The notes below the pieces were generated by a model. It did not search any database and was not told the DNA's origin. It was given only the letters and a program-made list of their open reading frames with translations. From NCBI GenBank assembly GCA_030390025.1, contig CM059431.1, positions 150,786,001-150,850,000 on the forward strand: DNA of 64,000 nucleotides. The letters run 5' to 3'. This DNA is from Squalus acanthias (Eukaryota). The translations under genes were made by a program, and so were the position numbers. Below, piece by piece: positions 36,290-49,600 of the stretch (its first letter is position 1; each line of letters starts with the position of its first letter).

Positions 36290-37250
36290 ACGAATCATAG
36301 AAGCTTACAGCACAGAAGGGATCATTCCTGTGCTGACTCTTTGAAATAGTTGTCCAATTGAGTCCCAGACCACAGCATTTTCCACATAACACTACAAATT
36401 ACTTCTCTTCAAATACATGTCCAATTGCCTTTTGAAAGTTCCTCTGGAATCCGATTCCTATTTCCTTTCAGGTAGCACGTTCCAGCCCATAACAAAATTC
36501 TGTGTGAGATAATTTCTCCTCATTTCCCTCTAGTGCTTTAGCCAATTTTTTTAAATATCTGGTTACCGACCCACTTACCAGACGAAACAGTTTCTCCCTT
36601 CTAAATCCATCAAAACCCCTTAGATTTTTGAATACCTCTATTAGGTCTCCCGTTAACCATCTCTGCTCTAAGGAGAACAATACCAGCTTCTCCAATCTCT
36701 CCACATAGCTGAAGTCCTTCATCCCTGGTATCACCCTGGTAAATATCCTCTGTACCCTCTCCAGGGACTTGACATTCTTTCTAAAGTGTGTGCCCAGAAT
36801 TGTACTCCAACTGAGGCCTCACCAGTGATTTGTAAAGGTTTACCATGAATTCCTTGCATTTCTAATCAATGCCCCCTATTTGCAAAGCCGATTATCCCAC
36901 ACGCGTTCGTAACTATGGTATGAATTTGCACACATTCAAAGATTTGTGAATATGCAGCCCCAGATCCCTCTGCTGATGCACCTTCTTAAAAATTGGACCA
37001 TTTAGATTATACTGCCTCTCTATTTTGTTTCTCCCAAATTGCACCACTTCACACTTATCCACATTAAATGACATCTGTCATGTGTCTGCCAATTTCACCA
37101 GTCTGTCTATATCCTCCTGAAGTCTGGCACGATCAGTTCACTACTATTATTTGCCTGACCAGCCCTGAGCCAATTACGTAGCCAAGTGACCACCGTCCCT
37201 TTACCACCATGCGCTTCTATTTTCCGAGTAAGACTTTTGAGAAAAAAGTA
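36290..37250 (-). mobile_element. Degenerate CR1 LINE 3' fragment
   Basis: ORF 36468-36734: SYVERLEKL...GDLIEVFK. Confidence 0.8.
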
Positions 37251-37516
37251 AGTAATTAACACAGATGGATTGTGAAGTACACAGTGACATTCTAGTAAAA
37301 GGTAAGTCTCTAACAAAGATTGATTTCCAAGTACAGGGCAACTTTCCCTCACGACTGTGTCCTCTGCCCGGTTCCGTTAGAAATATTTTATTACCAGGTT
37401 AGACGATTCGCCAGCAAGATATGGACGTTATGATCAAATTCAGCGAAAGTCGTCGATAATTTGTATAATCTGTTCCCAGTCCGGAAACAGGCACAGCCAC
37501 ATTAGCTGACGTAATA

Positions 37517-37804
37517 ACAAAAATGAGAAGTCGCACAACACCAGGTTATAGTCCAACAGTTTTATTTAAAGTTTTGAGCTTTCGCAGCGCTGCTCCTTCT
37601 TCAGGTAAAAGTACAGTGAGGGAATACAAATCGGCAGTATATATACACAGAGAGCAATTTGTATTCCCTCACTGTACTTGTACCTGAAGAAGGAGCAGCG
37701 CTCCGAAAGCTCGTAATTTTAAATATAACTGTTGGACTATAACCTGGTGTTGTGCGACTTCTCATTTTTGTCCACCCCAGTACAACACCGGCATCTCCGC
37801 ATCA
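37517..37804. mobile_element. Fold-back Penelope-like pseudo-LTR element
   Basis: Inverted arms of about 115 bp (37517-37631 and 37657-37771); flanking 13-bp direct repeat TGACGTAATAACA (37507-37519 and 37805-37817). Confidence 0.8.
37684..37712 (+). ncRNA. Minimal hammerhead ribozyme core (Penelope-associated type)
   Basis: CTGAAGA-A-GGAGC-AGC-GCTCC-GAAAGCTC = CUGANGA, stem II, GAAA, palindromic AGCU and NUH site; stem I not verified. Confidence 0.55.
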
Positions 37805-38783
37805 TGACGTAATAACAGTTTGAGGATTTGATATGTTGGATTGCCAAATGGAGTATGTATGGCCACTTTTCCAACGGGTTACCATAGCGATGCACAAAAT
37901 TGTATTGTCACCACTGAATTACTTGGCCGTTGCTTTGCTAACTGAATTCTTTGCCTCCAAATCGTCCCTATAATTTATTGTTACTTTTTAAAAAGTATAT
38001 ATTAAGAAGAATTAAGCCAGCATTGATCAAGGATCTTGTTCCGCTGCAGTTCTCTTTGTTTTGAGTTAAAATGTTTAATAATACCAAAAATCCGGCTCCA
38101 GTTCCGTGAGAAAGTTTGTTTCTGTTGATTGTTTTGGTGAAATAACTCGTCTGGTGCAGATGTTGTTAGAAGCAGTTTAATTCTGGCTCGTCACCAGGGG
38201 CGCGTATTTCTCAATGGAATGTGTGTGTGCGCGCGCACTTCCTGGCACAAAATAAGAAGACTCGGCAACAGCTCAACACAAAGTCAGGTGACGACTTATT
38301 CTCTGAGAGTTGCTATGGTCACAGCGAGACAAAATATTGTTTTTCATTTTGATTGTATTATTTTTAAAAATGACGACACGCTGGGGTAATTTTACCTTTG
38401 AACGAAAGTGTAAAATGGGGATATCGAATTGGCCGCATATTCAATTTTCAATGTTATTAAAACAACGTTTATCTCAAACCAACGCTTACTTTGAAACTTC
38501 TGACACTCGCTCCCCCGCCCCGCCCCCCCCCCCCCCATTAATCTAGTGAACCTCTCATTTTTCTTTACATTAGTTTCGCTATTTGATATGAAGTTTGATA
38601 TTTCTGATATATTTGGCCGATCCCTGCTGGTGAATTTTAAGTGTGCTATTGTTACAGAATCTCCGACTAAAGATAGATTCCTCGTTATCTAGCTTCCTTT
38701 CAATCCGTTCTACGTGTGTCATATTTGGTTGGACATTATTTCACTTTTTAATCAAGAGGTGTGAGCTTCAGATTCTTTATAAT

Positions 38784-40203
38784 GGCCCGTAATTTGCAAC
38801 CCCGACGGGCGCGTACGAGGCCTCGCAAGTACCGGGTTTTCGCGCGCGAAGCGCATGCGTGAATACCCGGAACTTGCGATCTTTCAAGAATCATCTTGAC
38901 AGATCGCAGCCATCCCCGGGAAAATGGCATTCATGGGTGGAGAGTTGCTCCATTGGCCCAACTTCTGATCAGCGAATGCCCGTGAAATACTTGCCAGCGT
39001 AAGAGTTTACAATTAAAAAAAAAATTGCATCATAAATACATTAAAAAACCTGTACAATAAGGTAAGGTTATTTTTAGCCCCTTTAAAACATGTACATTTA
39101 TTTTTCAAAAAATTGAATTTTTGTTTTAAATATTTAACTAAATGACACTTAAATTAATTTTAGATATGTAACTTTTTTTATTTATTTGACGTGTAGTTGT
39201 ATTTTTGGGGGTATTCCCACTCATGCTTAAGGGGTTTCTCTACGCCACTTTCCATACCTCGGAACCTATTGTCAACAAGTGAAGACGTCGATGACGAAGT
39301 CCAACACCACCTTCAGTGTGCCAATGCAGCCTTCGGTCGCCAGAGGAAGAGAGTGTTTGAAGACCAGGACCTCAAACCCGGCACCAAGCTCATGGTCCAC
39401 AAAGCAGTAGTGATACCCCCCCTCCTGTATGCCTCAGAGACATGGACCATGTACAGCAGGCACCTCAAAGCACTGGAGAGGTACCACCAACGCTGCCTCC
39501 ACAAGATCTTGCAAATCCATTGGCAGGAGAGGCGCACCAACGTCAGTGTTCTTGCTTAGGCCAATATCCCTAGCATCGAAGCTTTGACCACGCTCGATCA
39601 GCTCCGATGGACGGGTCACATCGTCCGCATGCCCGATTCGAGACTCCCAAAACAAGCGCTCTACTCTGAGCTCCCAGGTGGGCAAAGGAAACGCTTCAAG
39701 GGCACCCTCAAAGCCTCCTTGAAAAAGTGCAACATCCCCACCGACACCTGGGAATCCATGGCCCACGATCGCACAAAGTGAAGGAGAAGCATTCGGGAAG
39801 GCGCCCAACACCTCGAGTCTCTTCGCCGGGAGCAAGCAGAAGCCAAGCGCAAGCAGCACAAGGAGCACACGTCAACCCAAGCACCCGCACCCACCCGCCC
39901 CTTCAACTACCGACTGTCGCACCTGTGACAGAGTCTGCAGGTCCAGGATTGGACACATCAGTAACCAAAGAACGCAGTTTTAAAGTGGATGCAAGCCATC
40001 CTCGGTTCCGAGGGACATCCTAAGAAGAAGACAAAAGGCATCCCCATAAGCATGAATGGGGAATCCCTTCTTGTATTGGTTGGGCTGGCCCTCGTGATCC
40101 CAGCGGCGCTTGCGAACAGCGTACGCCCCTGCGATATGTGGGCCTCTAACCGCATGTACTCAGAGAGGCCCAGGACCGTGATCTGCGTACCTCCCGGACC
40201 ACA
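38784..40203 (+). mobile_element. Hairpin-rich MITE-like family, copy 3, interrupted by an RTE LINE
   Basis: Same hairpins as 31395; CGTGATCCCAG...GCGCTTGC motif resumes at about 40093. Confidence 0.6.
39244..40032 (+). mobile_element. RTE (BovB-like) LINE 3' fragment
   Basis: ANAAFGR, LLYASETWT, LERYHQRCL, QLRWTGHIVRMPDSRLPKQALYSEL, GGQRKRFK; (AAG)n tail. Confidence 0.9.
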
Positions 40204-41572
40204 CTATCTAATTCCCTCTATCTCCCTCCTTTCTTGAATAGGGGCGTTACATTTGCGGTTTTCCTGTCCAGGGAGTTTTGGTAGATTACAACCAACGCAT
40301 CCACTTTCTCTGCAGCCACTTCTTTTAAGACCCTAGGATGCAGGCCATCAGGTCCAGGGTACTTGTCAACCTTTAGTCCCATTGGTTTGCCCAGTACATT
40401 TTCTCTAGTGATAGTGATTCTTTTAAGTTACTCTCTCCCTATAGCCCCTTGATTATTAATTATTATTGGGATGCTTTTAGGCTCTTCTACTGTGAAGACC
40501 GATACAGAATATTTCTTCAAAGTCTCTGCCATTTCCAAGTTTCCCATTATTAATTATCCAGTCTCATCCTCTGCGGGGCCAACGTTTACTTTAGCTACTC
40601 TCTTCCTTTTTAATACCTGTCGAAGCGCTTAATGACTGGTTTTATATGTTTTGCTTGATTACAATAATAATCTATCTTCTTGCTTTTTGTTTTTTCTTTG
40701 TCATCCTTTGTTGCTTTCTAAAAATTTCCCAATCCTCTGGCCTACCACTAAGCTTCGCAACATTGTATGCCTTTTCTTTCAATTTGATACCATTCATAAC
40801 TTCCTTAGTTAGCCACGGATGGTTCATCCTACTCGTAGAATCTGTCTTTCTCACTGGAATAAACATTTGCTGAGAGCTATGAAATATGTTGTTAAATGTC
40901 TGCCACTGATTATCTACCATCTTACCCTTTAATCTATTTTCCCAGTAAAATTTAGCCAACTCTGTCTTCAAATCATTTTAATTGGCTTTATTTCAGTTTA
41001 GGACACTAGTTTCAGACCCAAGTTTCTCACCCTCAAACTGAGTTTTAAATTCTATCATACTATGATCACTCTTCCCTAGAGGATCCTTTACTATTAGATC
41101 ATTAATTAATCCTGTCTCATTTCGCATTACCCGATGTAAAATATTCTGCTCCCTGGTTGGTTCCACAACGTATTGTTCTAAAAAACCATTCCGAATACAT
41201 TCTATGAACTCGCCCTCAAGGCTACACTTGCCAATTTGATTTGTCCAATCTACATGAAGATTAAAATCGCCCAGGATTATTGCAGTACCTTTCTTACGAG
41301 CCGCAATTATTTCTTGATTTATACACTGTCCTACTGTTAGGGGGCCTATAGACAACTCCAACCACTGACTTATTTCCCTTACTATTGCTTATCTCCAGCC
41401 AAAATGATTCTACATCTTGATCTTCTGAGCCAATATCATTTCTCACAACTGCACTGATTTCAGATGTGGTCTAACCAGAGGTTTGTACAGCTGCAGCATA
41501 ACTTCTACCCCCTTGTACTCTAGTCCTCTAGATATAAAGGCCAGCATCCCATTAGCCTTTTTTGATTATTTA
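40204..41572 (-). mobile_element. CR1 LINE endonuclease/tether fragment
   Basis: ORFs 40672-40971 and 40993-41361: GDFN, PTRE, LGKSDH. Confidence 0.88.
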
Positions 41573-41954
41573 CTGGAATCCGGCGGCCAGATTGATGACA
41601 GCTGCTGATAATGTTATGCTAATTTTGTTGAACAACTTCACCTTTGTCTTTGATTGTGGAATTCAAATGTTGTCTCTTTAATTCCTTCAGATGAATCAAT
41701 GTCTTTCTGTGTACTTCATGTAAAATCGACAGCCACTACTTTATCCAACGATTTGCCCAACCTTCGACAATTTTTGTCGGCTTTGTCTGGACTAATTCCC
41801 TTTTCAGCTCAAATGGAGAGTCCAAGTTATGTCCATTGTGGATTCTCTGATTTTTTCCTTTGTGCATAGCACCTATTTCCCCGTCAGTTTTCCGGTCCCT
41901 TCGAACGCACAAAATCATAGCCTTATATGTGCACTCCTCCCATATCTCTATAGT

Positions 41955-42585
41955 TGGTATTCTGGCTTTATAAATAGAGGAATAGAGTTCAAAATCCAGG
42001 AAGTTATCCTAAACCTATATCAAACACTAGTTCGGCGCCAGCTGGAGTATTATGCCCAATTTCGGGCACCACACTTTAGGAAGGATCTGAATGCTTTGGA
42101 GAGGGTACAGAGAGATTTATTAGACTAGTTCCTAGGGAGGAAGGATTTCAGCTAATTGGATAGACTGGAGAAGCAGGGGTAGTTCGCCTCAGAGCAGACA
42201 AGGCTAAGAGGAGATTTCATAGAGGTGTTTGTGATCATGAAGGATTTAGAAAGAGTAAATGACGATAAGTGCTTCCAATGGATGAAATATCGATAACCAG
42301 AGGAAACAGATTTAAGGTGTTTGGCAAAAGAACCAGAGGCGACATGAGGAAAAAGTATTTCACGCAACGAATGGTTAGGATTTGGAATGCACTGCCTGAT
42401 AGGGCAGTGGAAGCAGATTCAATAGTAGCCTTCAAAAGGGAATGGGATAAAAACTTGATGGAGAATTTTTTCAGGGAAATGGGGAAAGTGTTGGGGAGTG
42501 GGACTAACTGGATTACTCTTTGAAAGAGCCGGCGCATACTCCGTGGGCCGAATGGCCTCTTTCTGTGTGGTACTCTTCTATGATT
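41955..42585 (+). mobile_element. CR1 LINE 3' fragment
   Basis: QLEYYAQF, LERVQR, RMVRIWNALP. Confidence 0.88.
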
Positions 42586-43644
42586 CCATCGGCCGTATAA
42601 TGCTTCTGTCTAAACACTGATTTCGAAATAAGAAAAGATTCTAGTTTGACCGATACCTCTCGCTGATCTTTAGCATCCTCCTGTAAATTTTCGTTGCCTG
42701 CCCTTCGTTGACCAATACCGCTATTGTCTGAACTTCCCTCCACTTATAGCACCAGTGTACGCTTTCCTATATATCGTTTGTCATTCACCATCCTTCCTGT
42801 GTTAAAATCAACTTTCAGCGTCCATTCTCCCTCTCCAACTCTTTCCTTTCCATACCATTGGAACATTTGATCTCTCTTGAACAAATCTTTTTAAAACTTC
42901 AGATCTTTAAAATGCAAACATAGAATCATAGGATCATAGAAAGTTACAGCACGGAAGGAGTCCATTTCAGCCCATCGTGTCCGTGCCGGCCAACCAAGAG
43001 CTATCCAGCCTAATCCCACTTCCCAGCTCTTGGTCCGTAGCCCTGCAGGTTACAGCATGCCAAGTGCACATTCAAGTACTTTTTAAATGTGGTTAGGGTT
43101 CCTGCCTCTACCATCACTTCAGGCAGTGAGTTCCGGGACCCCACAACCATATGGGTAAAGACATTTCCCCTCAAATCCCCTCTAAAGCTTCCACCAATTA
43201 CTTTCAATCTGTGCCCCCTGGTTTTTGACCCCTCTGCTAAGGGAATTAGGTGCTTTCTATCCACTTTATCCAGGCCCCACATAATTATAAACACCTCAAT
43301 ATGGTCTCCTCTCAGCCTCCTCCGTTCCATGGAAAACAGACTCAGCCTATCCAGTCTTTCCTCATAGCTAAGATTCTTTACTCCCGGCAACATCCTTGTA
43401 AATCTCCTCTGTTCCCTCTCTAGTGCAATCACATCTTTCCTGTAATGTGGTGACCAGAACTGCATGCAGTACTCTAGCTGAGGCCTAACTACTGTTTTAT
43501 ACAGTTGAAGCATAACTCCCCTGCTCTTGTATTCTATGCCACGGCTAATAAAGGCAAGCATTCCGTATGCCTTCTTAACCACCTTATCTACCTGGCCTGT
43601 TACCTTCAGGGATCTGTGGACATGCACTCCAAGGTCCCTTTGTT

Positions 43645-46600
43645 ATAGAGTCATAGAGTTCTACAGCACAGAAAGTGGCCCTTCGGCCCATCGTGTCCGC
43701 GCCGGAAATCAAGCCCTGACTATTCTAACCCCATTATCCAGCAATTGGTCCGTAGCCTTGTATGCTATGGCGTTTCAACTGCTCATCTAAATGCTTCTTG
43801 AATTTTGTGAGGGTTCCTGCCTCTACCACTCTTTCAGGCAGTGAGTTCCAGATTCCAAATACCCTCTAGGTGAAAAAGTTTTTCCTGAAATCCCCTCTAA
43901 ACGTCCTGCCCCTTACTTTGAAACTATGCTCCCTGGTTATTGACCCCTCTACTAAGGGGAAATGTTCCTTTCTATCTACCCTATCTATGCCCCTCATAAT
44001 TTTGTACACCTCAATCAGGTCCCCTCTCAGCCTTCGCTACTCTCAGGAAAACAAAACCAACCTGTTCAGTCTCTTTTCATTGCTGAAGCGCTCCAGCCCA
44101 GGTAACATCCTGGTGAATCTCCTCTGCACCCTCTCCAATGCAATCACATCCCTCCTATAGTGTGGTGACCAAAACTGCACACAGTATTCCAGCTGTGGCC
44201 TAACTAGCGTTGTGTACAGCTTCATCATAACCTCCCTGCTCTTATTTTCTATGCCTCGGCTAATGAAGGCAAGTATTCCATATGCATGTTTAACTACCTT
44301 ATCTACCTGTCCTGCTGCCTTCAGGGATCTATGTACATGCACAGCAAGGACCCCCTGATCCTCTGTCCTTCCTATGGTCCTACCATTCATTGTGTATTCC
44401 CTTGCCTTGTCTGTCTCACCAAAATGCATCACCTCACACTTTTCAGGGTTAACTTCCATTTGCCACTGTTCTGCCCATCTAAACATTCCGTCTATATTCG
44501 TCCTGTAGCCTGAGGCTTCCCTCCTCGCTATTTAACACCCCACCAATTTTCGTTTCATCTGCGAACTTGCTGATCATACCTCCTAAATTCATATCTAAAT
44601 CATTAATGTACACTACAAACAGCAAAGGACCCAGCACCGATCCCTGCGGTACACCACTGGACACAGGCTTCCAGTCACAAAAAAAACCTTCGAACATCAC
44701 CCTCTGCCTCCTGCCGCTAAGCCAATTTTGGATCCAATGTGCCAAATTGCGCTGGATCCCAGGGGCTCTTACATTCATAAACAGTCTCCCATGTGGGACA
44801 TTGTCAAATGCCTTATTGAAGTCCATGTAGACTACATCAACTACACTACCCTCATCCACACACCTAGTCACCCCCTCGAAATATTCAATCAAATTGATCA
44901 GATATGATCTCCCCCTAACAAAGCCATGCTGACTATCCCTGATTAATCCCTGCCTCTCCAAGTGGAGACTAATTCTGTCCCTCAGAATGTTTTCCAATAA
45001 TTTCCCTACCACTGATGTTAGGCTCACTGGCCTGTAATTCCCTGGTTTATCCCTACTACCCTTCTTGAACAATGGTACTACGTTAGCTGTTCTCCAGTCC
45101 TCTGGCACATCCGCTGTGGCCAGAGGGTTTCTGAAAATATGTGTCAGAGCCCCTGCAATCTCCTCCCTTGCCTCACACAGCAGCATGTGATACATCCCGT
45201 CAGGGCCGGGTAATTATCCACTTTTCAGACCGCTAAAACCGCTAGTACCTCCTCCCTCTCAATATTAATTTGTTCAAGTATATCACAATCCCCCTGCCCG
45301 ATTTATATGCCTACATCACCCTTCTCCATAGTGAACACTCATGCAAAATATTCAATCAAAACATCAGCTACATCTTCCGGCTCAACACAAAGATTGCCAC
45401 TTTGGACCCTAATGGGCCCTACTCTTTCCCTGGTTATCCTCTTGCCCTTAATATACTTATAAAACACCTTGGGATTTTCCTTTATTTTGCCCGCCAGTGT
45501 TTTTTCATGCACCCTCTTCGCTCTCCTAATTTCTTTTTTAAGTACCCCCCAGCACATTTTATACTCTTCTATGGCTTCCACTGTTTCTAGTCTTTTGTAT
45601 CTGCCAAAAGCCTCCTTTATTTTTCTCTAATCCCTTCTTGTATATCCCTTGACATCCAGGGTTCCCTGGGCTTGTTTTTCCGACCCTTGACCTTTACGGG
45701 AACATGTTGGCGTTGTCCTCTCTCCATTTCCTTTCTGAACGACTCCCATTGCTCTGATGTGGATTTTCCTACAAGTAGCTGATCACAGTCCATTTTGGAC
45801 AGATCCTGCCTTATCATATTAACATCGGCCTTCCCCCTATTTAGAACCTTTATTTCCGGTCCATCTTTGTCCTTTTCCATGACTACCATAAATCTCACCG
45901 AATTATGGTCAATGTCACCAAAATGCTCTCCTACTGACACATCTACCACTTGCCTGGCTACATTCCCTAGAATTAGGTCCAGTACCGCAACCTCTCTTGT
46001 AGGACTTTCTACATGCTGGCTCAAAAAGCTTTCCTGGATGCACTTTAAGAATTCCGCACCCTCTAAGCCGTTCACACTCTGACTATCCCAGTTAATTTTG
46101 GGAAAGTTGAAATCCCCTACTATTATCACCCTATTACATAGATACATAGAACATAGAACAGTACAGCACAGTGCAGGCCCTTCGGCCCTTGATGTTGTGC
46201 CGAGCATTGTCCGAGACCAAGATCAAGCTATCACACTCCCTATCACTCTGGTGTGCTCCATGTGCTTATCCAATAACCGCTTGAAAGTTCCTAAAGTGTC
46301 CGACTCCACTATCACAGCAGGCAGTCCATTCCACACCCCAACCACTCTCTGAGTAAAGAATCTACCTCGGACATCCCTTCTATATCTCCCCCCATGCACT
46401 TTATAGTTATGCCCCCTTGTAACAGCTGCCTCTACCCGAGGAAATAGTCTCTGAACATCCACTCTATCTATCCCCCTCATCATCTTATAAACCTCTATTA
46501 AGTCGCCTCTCATCCTCCTCCGCTCTAAAGAGAAAAGCCCCAACTCCCTCAATCTTTCCTCATAAGACCTCCCCCGCAAACCAGGCAGCATCCTGGTAAA

Positions 46601-49600
46601 TCTCCTTTGCACTCTTTCCAATGCTTCCACGTCCTTCCTATAGTGAGGTGACCAGAACTGCACACAATATTCCAAATGTGGTCTCACCAAGGTCCTGTAC
46701 AGTTGCAGCATAACCTCACGGTTCTTAAACTCAAACCCTCTGTTAATAAACGCCAACACACCATATGCCTTCTTTACTGCTCTAATCTCTTGAGTGGCAA
46801 CCTTCAGAGATCTGTGGATATGAACCCCCAGATCCCTCTGCTCCTCCACGTTCCTCAGAACCCTGCCGTTGACCCTGTAATCCTTATTCAAATTTGCCCT
46901 ACCAAAATGAATCACCTCGCACTTATCAGGGTTAAATTCCATCTGCCATTTTTCGGCCCAGCTCTGCATCCTATCAATGTCTCTTTGCAGCCTACAACTG
47001 CCCTCCACCTCATCCACTACTCCACCAATCTTGGTGTCATCAGCAAATTTACTGACCCACCCTTCAGTCCCCTCCTCCAAGTCATTGATAAAAATCACAA
47101 ACAGCAGAGGACCCAGCACCGACCCCTGTGGCACACCGCTGGTAACTGGTCTCCAGTCCGCAAATGTTCCATCCACCACCACCCTCTGCCTTCTATGAGA
47201 TAGCCAGTTACTTATCCAATCGGCCAAATTTCCCTCTATCCCACAACTCCTTACTTTCTTCATGAGCCGACCATGGGGAACCTTATCAAACGCCTTACTA
47301 AAATCCATGTATACGACATCAACTGCTCTACCTTCATCTACACACTTAGTTACCTCCTCAAAGAATTCAATCAAATTTGTTAGGCAAGACTTACCCTTCA
47401 CGAATCCGTGTTGACTATCCCTGATTAAGTTGCCCCTTTCCAAATGATCATAAATCCTATCCCTCAGGACCTTTTCCATTATCTTACCAACCACCGAAGT
47501 AAGACTAACCGGCCTATAATTACCAGGGTCATTCCTATTTCCTTTCTTGAAGAGAGGAACAACATTCGCCACTCTCCAGTCCTCTGGCACCATCCCCGTG
47601 GACAGTGAGGACCCAAAGATCAAAGCCAGAGGCACTGCAATCTCCTCCCTTGCCTCCCAAAGTATCCTAGGATATATCCCATCTGGCCCAGGGGACTTAT
47701 CGACCCTCAGGTTCTTCAAAATTGCTAAAACATCTTCCCTCAGAACATCTACCACCTCCAGCCTATCCACCTTTATCACACTCTCATCCTCAAGAACATG
47801 GCCCCTCTTCTCGGTGAACACTGACGAAAAGTATTCATTCATCACCTCTCATATCTCTTCTGACTCCATGCACAAGTTCCCACTACTGTCCTTGACCGGC
47901 CCTACCCTCACCCTGGTCATTCTTTTATTTCTCACATAAGAGTAAAAAGCCTTGGGGTTTTTCTTGATCCGACCCGACAAGGACTTCTCATGCCCCCTCC
48001 TAGCTCTCCTAAGCTCTTTTTTTAGCTCATTCCTTGCTACCTTGTACCCCTCAATCGACCCAACTGAACCTTGTTTTCTCATCCTTACATACGCTTCCTT
48101 TTTCCTCTTGGCTGGACATTCAACCTCTTTTGTGAACCATGGTTCTCTCACTCGGCCATTTCCTCCCTGCCTGACAGGGACATACCTATCAAGGACACGC
48201 AGTAATTGCTCCATGAAAAAGCTCCACTTTTCGTTTGTGCCTTTCCCTGATAGTTTCTGTTCCCATCTTATACTCCCTAATTCTTGCCTAATCGCATCAT
48301 AATTACCCCTCCCTCAATTATAAACCCTGCCCTGCCGTATGGCCCTATCCCTCTCCATTGCAATAGTGAAAGTTACCGAATTGTGGTCACTATCTCCAAA
48401 GTGCTCTCCCACATACAAATCAAACACTTGGCCCGGTTCATTACCCAGTACCAAATCCAACGTGGCCCCACCTCTTGTCGGCCTATCCACATATTGTTTC
48501 TACAATTCTCTGAGATTTTACTGCATATCTGTTCCTCTATCTCCCCCTGACTGTTTGGGGGCCTATAGTACACTCCCAGCAAAGTGCTTGGCCCCTTTTT
48601 GTTTTTACGTTCTACCCATATGGCCTCATTAGAGGAACCTTCTTAGTTATCAGCCCTCCTTACAGCAGTAATTGACTCCTTGATTAATATTGCAACAACA
48701 CTCCTATTTTTCACCCCGCTTGTCTCGCCTGAAGATTCTATACCCCGGAATATTGAGTTGCCAGTCATGTCCCTCCCTCAAAAATGTCTCCCTGATAGCA
48801 ACAATATTAACTGCCATATGTTCATCAACACCTTCAATTCATCTGCCTTACTCGCAAGACTTCTTGCATTAAAATAAATGCCTTCCAGCCTTGCCATACT
48901 GCCTTGTGCCGTTACATATATGCTCTGCCTTCCAGGCTGACTTGTTTTTTCCTCTATATTTGGCTGTGCATCACCCCCTTCTATAGCTCCACTCCGTATC
49001 CCATCCCCCTCCCAAGTAAGTTTAACACCCCCCCGCCCCCGCTCACTCGAAACAGTACTAGCAAACCTCGCCGCAAAGATGTTGTTCCCGTTCCGGTTCA
49101 GGTGTAACCCGTCCGACTTGTACAGGACCCACCTTCCCCAGAAGCAGACCCAGTGATCCAGGAAACTAAATCCCTCCCTCCTGCACCAACTCTTTAGCCA
49201 CGCATTCATCTGCTCTATCCTTCTATTCCTATACTCACTAGAAGGTGGCACCGGGATTAATCCAGAGATTACAATCTTTGAGGTCCTGTTTTTTAAGCTG
49301 CTACCTAGCTCCCTAAATTATTGTTGCAGGACCTCATCCCTCTTTCTACCCATGTCGTTGGTACCAATGTGAACCACGACCTCTGACTGTTCGCCCTCCC
49401 CGTTCAGAATGCCCTGCAGCCGTTCAATGACATCCTTGATCCGGCACCAGGGAGGCAAAATACTATCCTGGAGTCACGTCTGCGGCCACAGTAACGTCTA
49501 TCTCTTCCCCTTGCGATAGAATCCACTATCACTATTGCTCTCCCACACTTTTTCCTCTTCTCTGAGCCAGTCGTAGTGTCATGGATTTGGCTCTTGCTGC

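Noticed and set aside
38150..38295. Possible GCNT first non-coding exon (ETS-like CACTTCCT, donor CAG|GTGACG)
   Set aside because: Only short motifs; cannot be supported without transcript data.
46223..47845. 540-aa RT as a domesticated gene or active element
   Set aside because: 5'-truncated CR1 with upstream nonsense codons and no ORF1 or promoter of its own.
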